Positions 1 through 9,411 of a DNA stretch of 60,563 bases are shown piece by piece (the first letter of the stretch is position 1; every line of letters starts with the position of its first letter). Source of the DNA: an uncultured Candidatus Saccharibacteria bacterium (GTDB taxonomy: Bacteria > Patescibacteriota > Saccharimonadia > Saccharimonadales > UBA10212); contig CAZUXR010000003.1 in NCBI GenBank assembly GCA_964624785.1, positions 1-60,563 on the forward strand, read 5' to 3'. The notes beneath the pieces are model-generated. The model saw only the letters and a program-made list of their open reading frames with translations, had not been told where the DNA came from and searched no databases. The position numbers and the translations under genes are program-made.

Positions 1-2
1 CC

Positions 3-230
3 GAAATACTCGTTGTAGTTAACGGGACATTAAGTATCGTAAATGCAAATCAATTTAGGGCTGGCAAAAGTGATGCACAAACCGCTGTTCATTCCGGAGA
101 TGTAATTAAAATAGCTCCAGAAACAGTACAAATGAAGGCGCTCGGCATCTTCGATCCTGTTAAGTGCCTGGCGCTTGCCATATACAACATGCCGCCTAGG
201 CACCCTGGTCTAATCATAAGCCAGAGATAA
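3..230 (+). CDS. Partial (5'-truncated) cupin-like protein
   Basis: Frame open from the window edge to TAA at 228-230; EILVVVNGTL...GDVIKIAP resembles cupin motifs 1 and 2. Confidence 0.45.
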   Translation, partial: EILVVVNGTLSIVNANQFRAGKSDAQTAVHSGDVIKIAPETVQMKALGIFDPVKCLALAIYNMPPRHPGLIISQR

Positions 231-276
231 ACAAACTTCCACATCTTCAGTAAAAAATGATAACCTAAAGTTAATT

Positions 277-759
277 ATGGCGAGTTCTAAAAGCAGTAGT
301 CTTAGTGGTATTTCTGTAGCCCTTGGTATTTTGGGTACGGGTTTGGTGACCGGGTTTTTGTACAAAAATCTGTTGCCGTTTAACGTGTATTTTTCTACAG
401 TACTTATTCTGATTGGAATAGTAGGATTTTTTATAGAGGTAGAAAAGGAATTTCAACTTAGCGGCAAAAACCTTGGGCTAGACAATAGTGGCGTTGGTTT
501 GTTGTTTCTTGCTGTAAGTTTTTGGCTCTTGCAGCTGGCGGCGGATGTTCAAAACAAATCCGGCAGATATGCACTCGGCGCACTGCTTGTTGTTTTGCTA
601 ATACTTGGCCTATCAGCAACTTCGGATGGATTATATAAAATCCTAAGATATATTTTTGCCAGCGGAATCAATGTGAGCGCCATATTTAAAACTCTAGGCC
701 TACTAATCCCGCTAGTCAGCTCCATCCTAGCCCTCCTAAAACAAGCCAACCTAATCTAA
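277..759 (+). CDS. Hypothetical integral membrane protein
   Basis: 160 aa with about 5 hydrophobic segments. Confidence 0.7.
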   Translation: MASSKSSSLSGISVALGILGTGLVTGFLYKNLLPFNVYFSTVLILIGIVGFFIEVEKEFQLSGKNLGLDNSGVGLLFLAVSFWLLQLAADVQNKSGRYALGALLVVLLILGLSATSDGLYKILRYIFASGINVSAIFKTLGLLIPLVSSILALLKQANLI

Positions 760-833
760 CTAAATTAAACTCCCGAGATTTGCTTTACCTTTTTAGAGAG
801 CTCATAATAGGAGGGGTAAATAGGGGATTAATT

Positions 834-1262
834 ATGAACAAACAAGCCATTGTAGGCGCAGCGATCGTAATTTTATTGGTGGCGGGCGGGGCGGTGGCTC
901 TGACCCATAAAGCAGACAACAATAAGCGGGCCACACAATCAACAAGTTCTCCACAGTCTAATCCTAGCACCAACCCGACCCCGGCAAGTTCTAGCCAAAC
1001 ATCGTCAACCGGCAGCATCGACATTAAAAATATGATGTTTATGCCTCCTCAAATATCCATCCAAAAAGGTGGAACAGTTACCTGGACAAATAACGACAGC
1101 GTTGCGCACACAGTAACTGATGATCTAAAAAATGTAGGCGGTCCCGACAGCCCTAGCATTGCCCCGGGCGCTAAGTACAGCTTTACGTTTGATAAGACTG
1201 GCTCGTTCCAGTATCACTGCACTTTCCACTCATCCATGCGCGGCACCATCGTAGTTAAATAA
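834..1262 (+). CDS. Cupredoxin (plastocyanin/amicyanin-like), membrane-anchored
   Basis: N-terminal TM, Ser/Thr/Pro linker, TVTWTNND..HTV and YHCTFHSSM type-1 Cu ligands; start set at ATG 834. Confidence 0.85.
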   Translation: MNKQAIVGAAIVILLVAGGAVALTHKADNNKRATQSTSSPQSNPSTNPTPASSSQTSSTGSIDIKNMMFMPPQISIQKGGTVTWTNNDSVAHTVTDDLKNVGGPDSPSIAPGAKYSFTFDKTGSFQYHCTFHSSMRGTIVVK

Positions 1263-1393
1263 CCATCGGCATTTTTTGCTACTTTTGATAGCTTAAAAAG
1301 CAAACAAAATAATTTTGTACTAGCAGCAACCCCCTTTAAAAGTACAGATAAAAGGGGTACCATGTAGGCAGGAACATAAGCAGGAGGCAGATT

Positions 1394-2560
1394 ATGATTG
1401 AGATTCTTAAAAACATGTTCCGGCGTAAAACTAGAACCGTACTGACAATTTTTGGCATAACTATCGGTATTTTTGCCTTTACCGTTATGGGGTCTATGGC
1501 GGAACGAATTAACCTGCTGGTAAGCGGCGGCACGCAGTACTTTTCCGACAAAGTTACGGTATCTGATAAAAACACTTCGCTAGTTTCTTTGCCGACTCCA
1601 ATGAGTATTGATAAAGCCAAAGAAATCGCCAAAGTAAAAGGTGTGACGGCAGTTTCTGGAACAATTTACGCCGCAATATCCGACACTGGCGATGCAGTAA
1701 GTTTTGGCCCGCCACCGTCAATATCCGCAACAGAATTTAATTCCCAAAAATACGAAACGTTTAAAATTACCTTTAGTTCAGGCCGGGATTTGCGCCAAGG
1801 CGACACAGGCAAAGTAACGGTTGGCGCAGACCTAGTCAAAAAACTCAACGCTAGTGTTGGGGGTAAGGTACACATAAGAGGCAAAGATTACGAAGTGGTT
1901 GGGATTATGAATAAGACGTTGACTGCTCCGGACTCAGCTGTTGGCATGACCATACCAGATGCTCAAAAAATCCTATACAACTCCCTGCCAGAAATCATAA
2001 AAACTCAGGTCGACCCAAACAAAATCGTGAACGGCTTTACTGTTTATATCGCTCCTGGCGTAGACCCCAACAAACTAGCAGATACAATTAATAGCCAAGT
2101 GTCGGGCGTCAAAGCTAGCGGGCCAAAGGCTTTTGAAGACCAAATCGCTAGCGCCACGGGCGTGTTTAACGCAATACTTTTTGGGATAGCATTTATATCA
2201 TTGCTGGTTGGCGGACTGTCGATTATTAATACCATGACTATGTCTATATCTGAACGAATTCGCGAGATCGGTATCAAAAAAGCCGTGGGCGCCAAAACTC
2301 GCAACATCATGCAAGAATACTTGATAGAAGCCGGACTTATCGGATTGTTCGGCGGGTTGGTTGGTTGGGGACTGGGCGCCCTAACGGTGGCGCTTGTTAA
2401 TAAGGCGATGGAAGGCGGAGGCAACACTATATTCTTACTCACTCCACGTATTTCTATTTTTGCAGTATCTTTTTCTGTAATATTGGGCGTAATAGCCGGC
2501 ATCTACCCAGCTTATTACGCGGTTAAAGTAAGTATTGTAAAAGCATTGAGGGAGGGTTAG
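1394..2560 (+). CDS. ABC transporter permease, MacB/FtsX family
   Basis: RRKTRTVLT N-terminus, ERIREIGIKKAVGA motif, GIYPAY C-terminus; SD GGAGG. Confidence 0.9.
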   Translation: MIEILKNMFRRKTRTVLTIFGITIGIFAFTVMGSMAERINLLVSGGTQYFSDKVTVSDKNTSLVSLPTPMSIDKAKEIAKVKGVTAVSGTIYAAISDTGDAVSFGPPPSISATEFNSQKYETFKITFSSGRDLRQGDTGKVTVGADLVKKLNASVGGKVHIRGKDYEVVGIMNKTLTAPDSAVGMTIPDAQKILYNSLPEIIKTQVDPNKIVNGFTVYIAPGVDPNKLADTINSQVSGVKASGPKAFEDQIASATGVFNAILFGIAFISLLVGGLSIINTMTMSISERIREIGIKKAVGAKTRNIMQEYLIEAGLIGLFGGLVGWGLGALTVALVNKAMEGGGNTIFLLTPRISIFAVSFSVILGVIAGIYPAYYAVKVSIVKALREG

Positions 2561-2563
2561 AAA

Positions 2564-3469
2564 ATGTCAGAATCCAATAATATCCTTCGCCTAAACAACC
2601 TTACTAAAGCTTTTGTGCTGGGGAATCGTAAGAATGCTAAAAAAGCTCAGAAGGCTCTAGGCAAGTTGCAAAAAAAGTACGAACGCAATATTGCACGCCG
2701 TAATGAAGCAGAAGCCCAAGCAGAGGGCGAACTACTGGGTAGTGCCCAAGATCTATTTGCTGCCGAGAAGTTCGAACAGTGCTACGAAGCGATTACCGGC
2801 AAAAAACTAAAGCCTCGCCGCCGCGACCGCGGTGTAATTGTGCACGCTTTAAATGGAGTAGACTTAGAAATTAACCGCGGAGATTTGGTGGCAGTTATGG
2901 GCCCGTCGGGCAGCGGCAAGTCAACGCTGCTAAACATGCTGGGGCTTTTAGACGAGCCAACCGCTGGACAGATATTTATTGATAATCGCAACGTTACGGC
3001 CATTAAACGCCGAGAATTACCAAAAATACGTTCGCACGAACTGGGCTTCGTGTTCCAGTCATTCAACCTTGTTACCACCCTGACTGCGCTAGAAAACGTC
3101 ATGTTGCCGCTGCGCTATGCGGGTATAAAGCTGCGCCGTCGCAAATCTATGGCCAAGAGTGCACTAGAGCAAGTTGGCTTGGGCGATAGGCTAAATCATA
3201 AACCCAGCGAACTATCTGGTGGCCAGCAACAGCGCGTAGCGATTGCCCGCTCCATCGTAAATAGTCCGTCGATTATTTTTGGCGACGAGCTAACAGGCGA
3301 GCTGGACTCAAAAATGACAAATGAAGTTATGGACCTAATAACCAAACTAAACAAAGACGGCCAAACGTTTGTGATCGTAACGCATAACCCAGAAGTTGCC
3401 GCCCGCTGCCGCCGAATAATCTACATGAAAGACGGCAAAATAGAAAAACAAACCCAAAACTTCAATTAA
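2564..3469 (+). CDS. ABC transporter ATP-binding protein, LolD/MacB-like, with N-terminal insertion
   Basis: GPSGSGKST, LSGGQQQRVAIAR, DELTG, VTH motifs. Confidence 0.9.
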   Translation: MSESNNILRLNNLTKAFVLGNRKNAKKAQKALGKLQKKYERNIARRNEAEAQAEGELLGSAQDLFAAEKFEQCYEAITGKKLKPRRRDRGVIVHALNGVDLEINRGDLVAVMGPSGSGKSTLLNMLGLLDEPTAGQIFIDNRNVTAIKRRELPKIRSHELGFVFQSFNLVTTLTALENVMLPLRYAGIKLRRRKSMAKSALEQVGLGDRLNHKPSELSGGQQQRVAIARSIVNSPSIIFGDELTGELDSKMTNEVMDLITKLNKDGQTFVIVTHNPEVAARCRRIIYMKDGKIEKQTQNFN

Positions 3470-3475
3470 CTAAAG

Positions 3476-3766
3476 CTATCTAGACAACGGATCATTTAAC
3501 CCGACCATTGGAGGGTAAGAGGGCAGTTCTGCTATTGCTCGCTCTGCTTCTTCGTCTACGGTCAAGAACCTTATATCGCGGGCTTTGCCGTCCGGCCAGT
3601 GTTCCAGAAAAAGATTCATATTAGCTATAGCTTTTGCGGCTTTCTTTATAGAATCTGGGTCGGCACTAACTCGCTCCTCCTGAAGTATTGCATGCTGGGC
3701 CAATATCGCCGCTTCTAGAGTTTCTTTACTCTCAGGAATACATATATCTGGGGCCTCTTTACTCAC
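3476..3766 (-). CDS. Hypothetical protein
   Basis: 96-aa ORF, GTG start with GGGAG upstream; fills the intergenic gap. Confidence 0.55.
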   Translation of the reverse strand: MSKEAPDICIPESKETLEAAILAQHAILQEERVSADPDSIKKAAKAIANMNLFLEHWPDGKARDIRFLTVDEEAERAIAELPSYPPMVGLNDPLSR

Positions 3767-3858
3767 AACTACTCTCCCTTTTTAAGAATTTAACCTTACT
3801 CTAACACATTTTCTGATAGATAATTTATTTTAACAAGCATAGCTGCTAGTATTCACAT

Positions 3859-4242
3859 ATGCCGTCTTTTCTTACGAACGAGATTAAAAACGTGCCAGAT
3901 TCGAATACGGAACTATTGGTGCCGGGACGTGCTCAGTACTTTGCTATGAGGTCTCTGGAGGACAATAGGGTAGATAATATAGTAGTAGTAGGTTGCACGG
4001 TGAGCGATGCGCTAACCTGTATATTTAATTTTGCTGCGCCCCTAGATATAGAAGGTGAGACGGATGATGAAAGAGAGGATCGACTTTCGGACAGTTGCGA
4101 TCAAGACAGTCTGGTCGCTACGCTGGAGCATGGCCAAAAGTTTACCATGAAGTTTACAAATGAACTGGCAAAAAAAGTCCTGGGTAGAATTACAGTTAGA
4201 CATTTTTCGTGTATGTCGCAAGATACAAATCATCCTGCCTGA
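3859..4242 (+). CDS. Hypothetical protein
   Basis: 127-aa ORF; TGCTAGTAT -10-like element just upstream of the ATG. Confidence 0.55.
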   Translation: MPSFLTNEIKNVPDSNTELLVPGRAQYFAMRSLEDNRVDNIVVVGCTVSDALTCIFNFAAPLDIEGETDDEREDRLSDSCDQDSLVATLEHGQKFTMKFTNELAKKVLGRITVRHFSCMSQDTNHPA

Positions 4243-4295
4243 GTATAAAAAATATCGTTGACAAGCTAGTATTTTAAGTTTATCGTTCAGCATAG

Positions 4296-4931
4296 ATGGA
4301 CGCAGAGAAAAGTGGAGAACCGCTGTCTGATAAAGACCCAGATATCTTTGATTTGCTAGAAGATGTAGAACAATCAAGGGCTAGTTTTTTTGAGGCAGCT
4401 CAACGCTACAAAGAATCCCCTAGCAATTCTCATCAAAGGGAACTTTTTGAATATAATGAAGACGCGACAAACTCAGTATTGGAAGTAGTGGATTTTGTGT
4501 TGGGTGATGATTCGCGTGATATTAATTCTAAGGCGCAGACATTAGAATTGTTGATGCAAGTTGAAAATTATCGCAGAGTACAGTATTTGCAAACATCAAC
4601 AGGCGACAAAGATGCCTTTAGACATTCTACGAGTAATACTTTGAGCGCAGAGAAAATTGCTAAAAAGATTGAAATTGAAGAGCAAGAGCATGAGGGAGAT
4701 AATGAAGATGATGAGTTTGAATCAGCCGCGGATTACTTAGAAAGTGCTTTGATGATAGATACCAGACGCGATCTGGAAAAACTAATCGAATTGACAAAGG
4801 CTAGCTTTAAGGGCAGGGCATACAATGCGGCAGAAGGCGCCAAAGAGCATGTATCCGACGTAGCCAAAGTAGCTATAGGAGTATTAATAGCACAAATGCT
4901 AATCCGTAAATTTAAGCCAAAATCAGACTGA
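4296..4931 (+). CDS. Hypothetical acidic helical protein with C-terminal hydrophobic tail
   Basis: 211-aa ORF. Confidence 0.65.
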   Translation: MDAEKSGEPLSDKDPDIFDLLEDVEQSRASFFEAAQRYKESPSNSHQRELFEYNEDATNSVLEVVDFVLGDDSRDINSKAQTLELLMQVENYRRVQYLQTSTGDKDAFRHSTSNTLSAEKIAKKIEIEEQEHEGDNEDDEFESAADYLESALMIDTRRDLEKLIELTKASFKGRAYNAAEGAKEHVSDVAKVAIGVLIAQMLIRKFKPKSD

Positions 4932-5005
4932 TTGACGCGAACTACGGTTTGTATTAACTACTGCCCCTTGCGTTTCTTGCATATGTAGCTTATTGTTCGT
5001 TTAAT

Positions 5006-5467
5006 ATGAGCGAGATCCCAGTTGCGAGGAACGAGGAAGCCTTTAGCTTTGAAGCTAGACTAGCAGAGATAGACAGAATAACTAGTCTCTTACTGATGCG
5101 GGCCGCAGGAGAAGGCGTGTCCCCTATAGATAATGCGACTGGTGAAGTTCAGGCTTGGGCATCTGCAATCAGTGAAAACCTCGGCAAGGTAATTAGAATT
5201 TTTGATAGTATCTGCATGGAGGGAGAAGGCGTAAGGCTTGTGATTGGGAGCGGCTTTTTAAAGAGTTATCGCGGCAAAGATAGCAAATTCATAATTCCGT
5301 TCAATGCCCAAAAAGATAGTCTTGTGTGGCGAACCCAACCTGGGGGTGGTGCTTTGGTCTCTGAACCAAATCACGATGCGCTGGGTGGTGTGAAAGTTTT
5401 GAATGGTTTGGAACAAATTTTGCAAAGTTCGGATCTAACTTTAGTAAATTTTTCTGACGTTATCTAA
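5006..5467 (+). CDS. Hypothetical protein
   Basis: 153-aa ORF. Confidence 0.6.
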   Translation: MSEIPVARNEEAFSFEARLAEIDRITSLLLMRAAGEGVSPIDNATGEVQAWASAISENLGKVIRIFDSICMEGEGVRLVIGSGFLKSYRGKDSKFIIPFNAQKDSLVWRTQPGGGALVSEPNHDALGGVKVLNGLEQILQSSDLTLVNFSDVI

Positions 5468-5475
5468 CGTGTAGC

Positions 5476-6825
5476 CTAGTTTTTAATTTGGTTCTTGATA
5501 CCAGCAGCCGATATTAACCCGCCCGTTACTAGTAAACTTGCCATTACAATTACTCCGCGGTGAAACCCCTCTAGTTTAAGTGTTGGGCCAGTAACTACAC
5601 CGATTGTAGCGATTGCTACTAAACCTGCAATTCGGGCTACGGCGTTATTTACAGCCGATCCAATACCAGCTTGCCTGTTATCGATTGATCCGAGTATAGC
5701 CGTAGTAAGAGGCGCGACGGTTATGGCCAAACCTAGTCCAAAAATTAAAATCCCAGGCAATAGCTGAGTCCAGTAATCCACAGATTGATCTACCAGCAGC
5801 ATTGTCAAGAATCCTAAGCCTGCAATTACTGGTCCGACCGTCATAAAAGCCCTTGGTCCGTATTGTCCGGCTAATGCTCCAAATTTTGATGAAAGAATAA
5901 ACATAATTGCAGTTACGGGTAGCAGGGCTAAACCTGCCTGAACGGCTGAATATCCGCCAACTTGTTGGATAAATATAGTGATTAAAAAACTGGCTACAGA
6001 CAAACCACCGTAAATTGCAACTGTTGCAATATTGCCAACAGAGAAATTTCTTACTTTGAATAAAGACAGCGGCAACATGGGTTGCGCGGTTGTACGCTCG
6101 TACCAAATAAATAAAATGCCAGCCACTAAACCAACAAGTAAGGGCAAGTAAATCAATGGACTGGACCAACCATAGTGGAAGTGCTCGATTAGTGCGTAAA
6201 CAGGGCCGCCCAGGCCAACGGCGCATAGAATTGAACCAATAAGGTCGACTTTTGCACGTTTACTAACTTTTTCTTTATGCTCCAAATGACTCATTAGCCA
6301 TAACACGATCAGTATGGGAATTACGTTAATCGCAAAGATTAATCGCCAAGAACCGTTGTCTACCAAAAACCCTCCAGTTAGTGGCCCGACTATAAATGCG
6401 ATGCCAGTCCAGGCAGTCCAAGATCCAATCGCTTTACCCTGTGCTACACCGGAAAATGCAGAAATGATTAAAGCTAACGAGCTTGGCACTAACAGAGCTC
6501 CGGCCACCCCTTGCAGAGCCCGTCCAACGATTAGTAATAAACTAGTTGTGGCAATAGCACAAAGTATAGAGGCAACTCCAAAGCCGATTAACCCGGTTGC
6601 TAGGATTCTTTTACGGCCGAATATATCAGACAAAGATCCGGCTATTAGCATCAAAGATCCAAGAGTAATTAGGTAAGCGTCTACAACCCATTGCTGGATG
6701 GCTAAGCCGCCACCGAGTTCGCGAGTGATTGCCGGCAGCGCAACGTTCACAATAGATCCATCCAAAAACGCAACAAAAGAAGCCAACATACTAATCCAAA
6801 GCACCAATTTTTGTTGTTTGTTCAT
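5476..6825 (-). CDS. MFS transporter, DHA2 (EmrB/QacA) family
   Basis: LDGSIVNVALPAI, GSLSDIFGRKR (motif A), GRALQG, GPLTGG; 13-14 TM segments. Confidence 0.92.
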   Translation of the reverse strand: MNKQQKLVLWISMLASFVAFLDGSIVNVALPAITRELGGGLAIQQWVVDAYLITLGSLMLIAGSLSDIFGRKRILATGLIGFGVASILCAIATTSLLLIVGRALQGVAGALLVPSSLALIISAFSGVAQGKAIGSWTAWTGIAFIVGPLTGGFLVDNGSWRLIFAINVIPILIVLWLMSHLEHKEKVSKRAKVDLIGSILCAVGLGGPVYALIEHFHYGWSSPLIYLPLLVGLVAGILFIWYERTTAQPMLPLSLFKVRNFSVGNIATVAIYGGLSVASFLITIFIQQVGGYSAVQAGLALLPVTAIMFILSSKFGALAGQYGPRAFMTVGPVIAGLGFLTMLLVDQSVDYWTQLLPGILIFGLGLAITVAPLTTAILGSIDNRQAGIGSAVNNAVARIAGLVAIATIGVVTGPTLKLEGFHRGVIVMASLLVTGGLISAAGIKNQIKN

Positions 6826-6916
6826 ACTAACTATTAAGTGTATAGGGGATTTCCAAATATTCTATTTGCTAAAATAAACAACTCATGGTAAAGTATATGA
6901 CTTAGTAAGCAAATTT

Positions 6917-7477
6917 ATGGCTACCCAAGAAAGTTTAACCCATTCTATAGTAGACAGCTCGGTAGGTTTTGATCCTGAAGCTCCAGCAATGGATCCCGAA
7001 TTGGATCTTGAGTTTAGTATGCCCACGCTCAATAACAGGGGTTTTGAGAGCCGGCTAGCGCAGTTTGTTTTAGAAGAGGGTGAGTCTGGATGCCTTCAAG
7101 GCAACATAATGCCAACCATCAGGGCAGCTATGGGAACCGGACGTAAAAAAATAGGGGAAGCGATAGGTAAATTGGAGAAAGAAGGACTTCTTGAAGTAAC
7201 CAGGCGGGGCACAGGTTCGCCCATCACAGCTTTAAGATTAGACCTAGATAGGTTTGAGCGTGCAATTGCATTGGGCCGTTTAGTTCCGGTTGATGACCCT
7301 TACACGCTTCTGCCAGGAGAACATGGGGCATGGGATGCCAGTAGTTCCGAGCGGGACCACCAGGGGGTGCCTGTTTTGAGGATGTCGCCAGAGTCACTGG
7401 AAAGATTAGGAAAATTGTTGAACGGTAAGTATAGCGGAGAATTTATATATGTGGGAGATGGTACGCATTCAGCCTAG
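6917..7477 (+). CDS. Hypothetical protein with winged-helix-like segment
   Basis: IRAAMGTGRKKIGEAIGKLEKEGLLEVTR resembles the wHTH recognition helix and wing. Confidence 0.55.
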   Translation: MATQESLTHSIVDSSVGFDPEAPAMDPELDLEFSMPTLNNRGFESRLAQFVLEEGESGCLQGNIMPTIRAAMGTGRKKIGEAIGKLEKEGLLEVTRRGTGSPITALRLDLDRFERAIALGRLVPVDDPYTLLPGEHGAWDASSSERDHQGVPVLRMSPESLERLGKLLNGKYSGEFIYVGDGTHSA

Positions 7478-7608
7478 TGACTTAGCTATAATCGGCCGGT
7501 CTATGTTTTTGCCTCCCTCTATAGCTAATATGCAACCGTAAGCGGGCATAAGTTATTAGGAGTAACTGCTAAAGAAGCGCATACTAAGGAGACAAGCGGA
7601 GAACAACT

Positions 7609-7671
7609 ATGTCCAGAGACAAAGGTCGAAAAGAGATCAAAAAGCCCAAGCAGCCCAAAGTTAAGGCTTAA
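7609..7671 (+). CDS. Putative 20-aa basic micro-protein MSRDKGRKEIKKPKQPKVKA
   Basis: GGAG at 7598-7601 before the ATG; ORF ends 11 nt before the next gene. Confidence 0.5.
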   Translation: MSRDKGRKEIKKPKQPKVKA

Positions 7672-7682
7672 GCACAATCAAC

Positions 7683-7940
7683 ATGGCTACTTTAAAAAAG
7701 AAAGCTAATTATTTTGATTCTGTAGAGGGCGAAGAGATTAAGCAAACCCTACTGCTTATGACCAAAAATCGTATTTATAATACAAAACCATCCTACAGTG
7801 CGAATATTGCTCGCTACCCAAACAACCTAATACCGTTTGTCGATAAGCATATGAATTACTTAAACGTGCACCCTAACCTTGATCCTGATCACTACCTGGC
7901 TAATTTGCGCATGGTGAGTTTGCTCAAGTCAGATAAATAG
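7683..7940 (+). CDS. Hypothetical protein
   Basis: 85-aa ORF. Confidence 0.65.
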   Translation: MATLKKKANYFDSVEGEEIKQTLLLMTKNRIYNTKPSYSANIARYPNNLIPFVDKHMNYLNVHPNLDPDHYLANLRMVSLLKSDK

Positions 7941-8048
7941 CTTTTAACAGATCTAGCTATTAAGCTACGTAATAAATTTGCAAAGAATCAAAATTGACAA
8001 ACCGCTTAGCCTATTGACTAGGTCTAAAATTAGGCGTATTAAACAGGA

Positions 8049-8582
8049 ATGATAGACCATGAACGGCCAGGCGAAACTAGGCGCGATACGGTTAACCGTG
8101 ATGACTATGAACGCGGCAAACCCGGCTGCGTATTAGCAGGTGATATTGAACCATATAGCGACGAAGACCCTAGTGCTGGTGTATACACCGAGCGCCGCGT
8201 AGTAAATCCGCAGGATCCAGAAAATTACGCTGTAGATAAACTAGTTCGGGTGTTTGGGAGTGTAGATCGAGGCACGTATTATGAGCTACATCTAGCCGAG
8301 TTATCAGACGACATGCATGGTGCTCCCCCTAGTTTTGGTGTATATAAAGTAACTCCCGAGGGAATAATACTAGCAGAAGACGGTTCTCCGGATTTTGAAA
8401 AAGGTTATTTTTTGAGCGGTGAATCACTTGAAGATTATGAGCTTGGGGAGCTAGTTAAACAGCTACTGGTCCCCGTGAGCGTGCGCAGGCCAGAACACGA
8501 TCAAACACCAAAACGCTTGGAAATAGCTCTGCCACTACCCAAGGATTACACTGATAATCCTCCCCGATACCAGTATCCATAA
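8049..8582 (+). CDS. Hypothetical acidic protein
   Basis: 177-aa ORF. Confidence 0.6.
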   Translation: MIDHERPGETRRDTVNRDDYERGKPGCVLAGDIEPYSDEDPSAGVYTERRVVNPQDPENYAVDKLVRVFGSVDRGTYYELHLAELSDDMHGAPPSFGVYKVTPEGIILAEDGSPDFEKGYFLSGESLEDYELGELVKQLLVPVSVRRPEHDQTPKRLEIALPLPKDYTDNPPRYQYP

Positions 8583-8745
8583 TTTGAACTTGAGAGCCTT
8601 GTTAAAAAACACACAATTTAAACGTTAGAATCTGTACGGATTCTAAAAAAGCCTTTCACTAAACTCTATTAAGTCTTACTGCGTTGTAAATTATTAACTA
8701 ACTATTTATCAACAAAAAACGCATTAAGGATTTAAGAAGGAGAGT

Positions 8746-9207
8746 TTGCCTATGCGAAAATTATCTTGGGTGCTTGTTTTTGGAATATTAAGTGTGTTCA
8801 CGCTGTTTACGGTCGGGAATGCTACGGGCTGGGCTCAGAACAAAGCCTACGCAGAAACCATACATAACAATCATATGGAATCTCGCGGTGGGCACAAGTT
8901 GGTTGTTGTGGATGTAGATAATGAAGACAAGGGGGTGACAGAGCGATTATCGCACTTTTCTTCAAACGAACAAGCCATTTGCCAGCTTAGTGCTACACAG
9001 GCAGCGGAGCTAGACGCATTTTTTGAAGTTAATCAATCGGAAGTGAATATAAATGGCGAAGATGTAACGATTGCAACCGTGTCGGGTCGTCACCTGACAT
9101 CGCATCAGCTAAAGGAATTCTTGCGTGCATCTGATGCGTCGCTGGAATGCCACCTGGTTGGCCAAGCGCACGTATTCTTCCTGCCGGTCATTCCACAAGT
9201 TAGCTAG
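8746..9207 (+). CDS. Hypothetical secreted protein
   Basis: Signal-peptide-like N-terminus; SD AAGGAG upstream. Confidence 0.7.
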   Translation: MPMRKLSWVLVFGILSVFTLFTVGNATGWAQNKAYAETIHNNHMESRGGHKLVVVDVDNEDKGVTERLSHFSSNEQAICQLSATQAAELDAFFEVNQSEVNINGEDVTIATVSGRHLTSHQLKEFLRASDASLECHLVGQAHVFFLPVIPQVS

Positions 9208-9251
9208 CTCATAGTCCTAAATCAACGTAAAAAAATAAGCTAAGGAGGTAA

Positions 9252-9410
9252 ATGACAACGAACCCACCCCAAATCTCCCCCACATCCATAAACCAACCTT
9301 TTTTGGCTGCAAACCATTTAGATCTCGTCAACGTAACTATGGTTATGCTTCCTCGCTCTTCATGGTTTTCGCTCAAAAAATATCTAGTTTCTGAACGGAC
9401 GGAGGTTTGA
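9252..9410 (+). CDS. Putative 52-aa small protein upstream of the GT2 gene
   Basis: SD-like TAAGGAGGT at 9241-9249; stop lies 1 nt before the GTG of the next gene. Confidence 0.45.
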   Translation: MTTNPPQISPTSINQPFLAANHLDLVNVTMVMLPRSSWFSLKKYLVSERTEV

Positions 9411-9411
9411 G

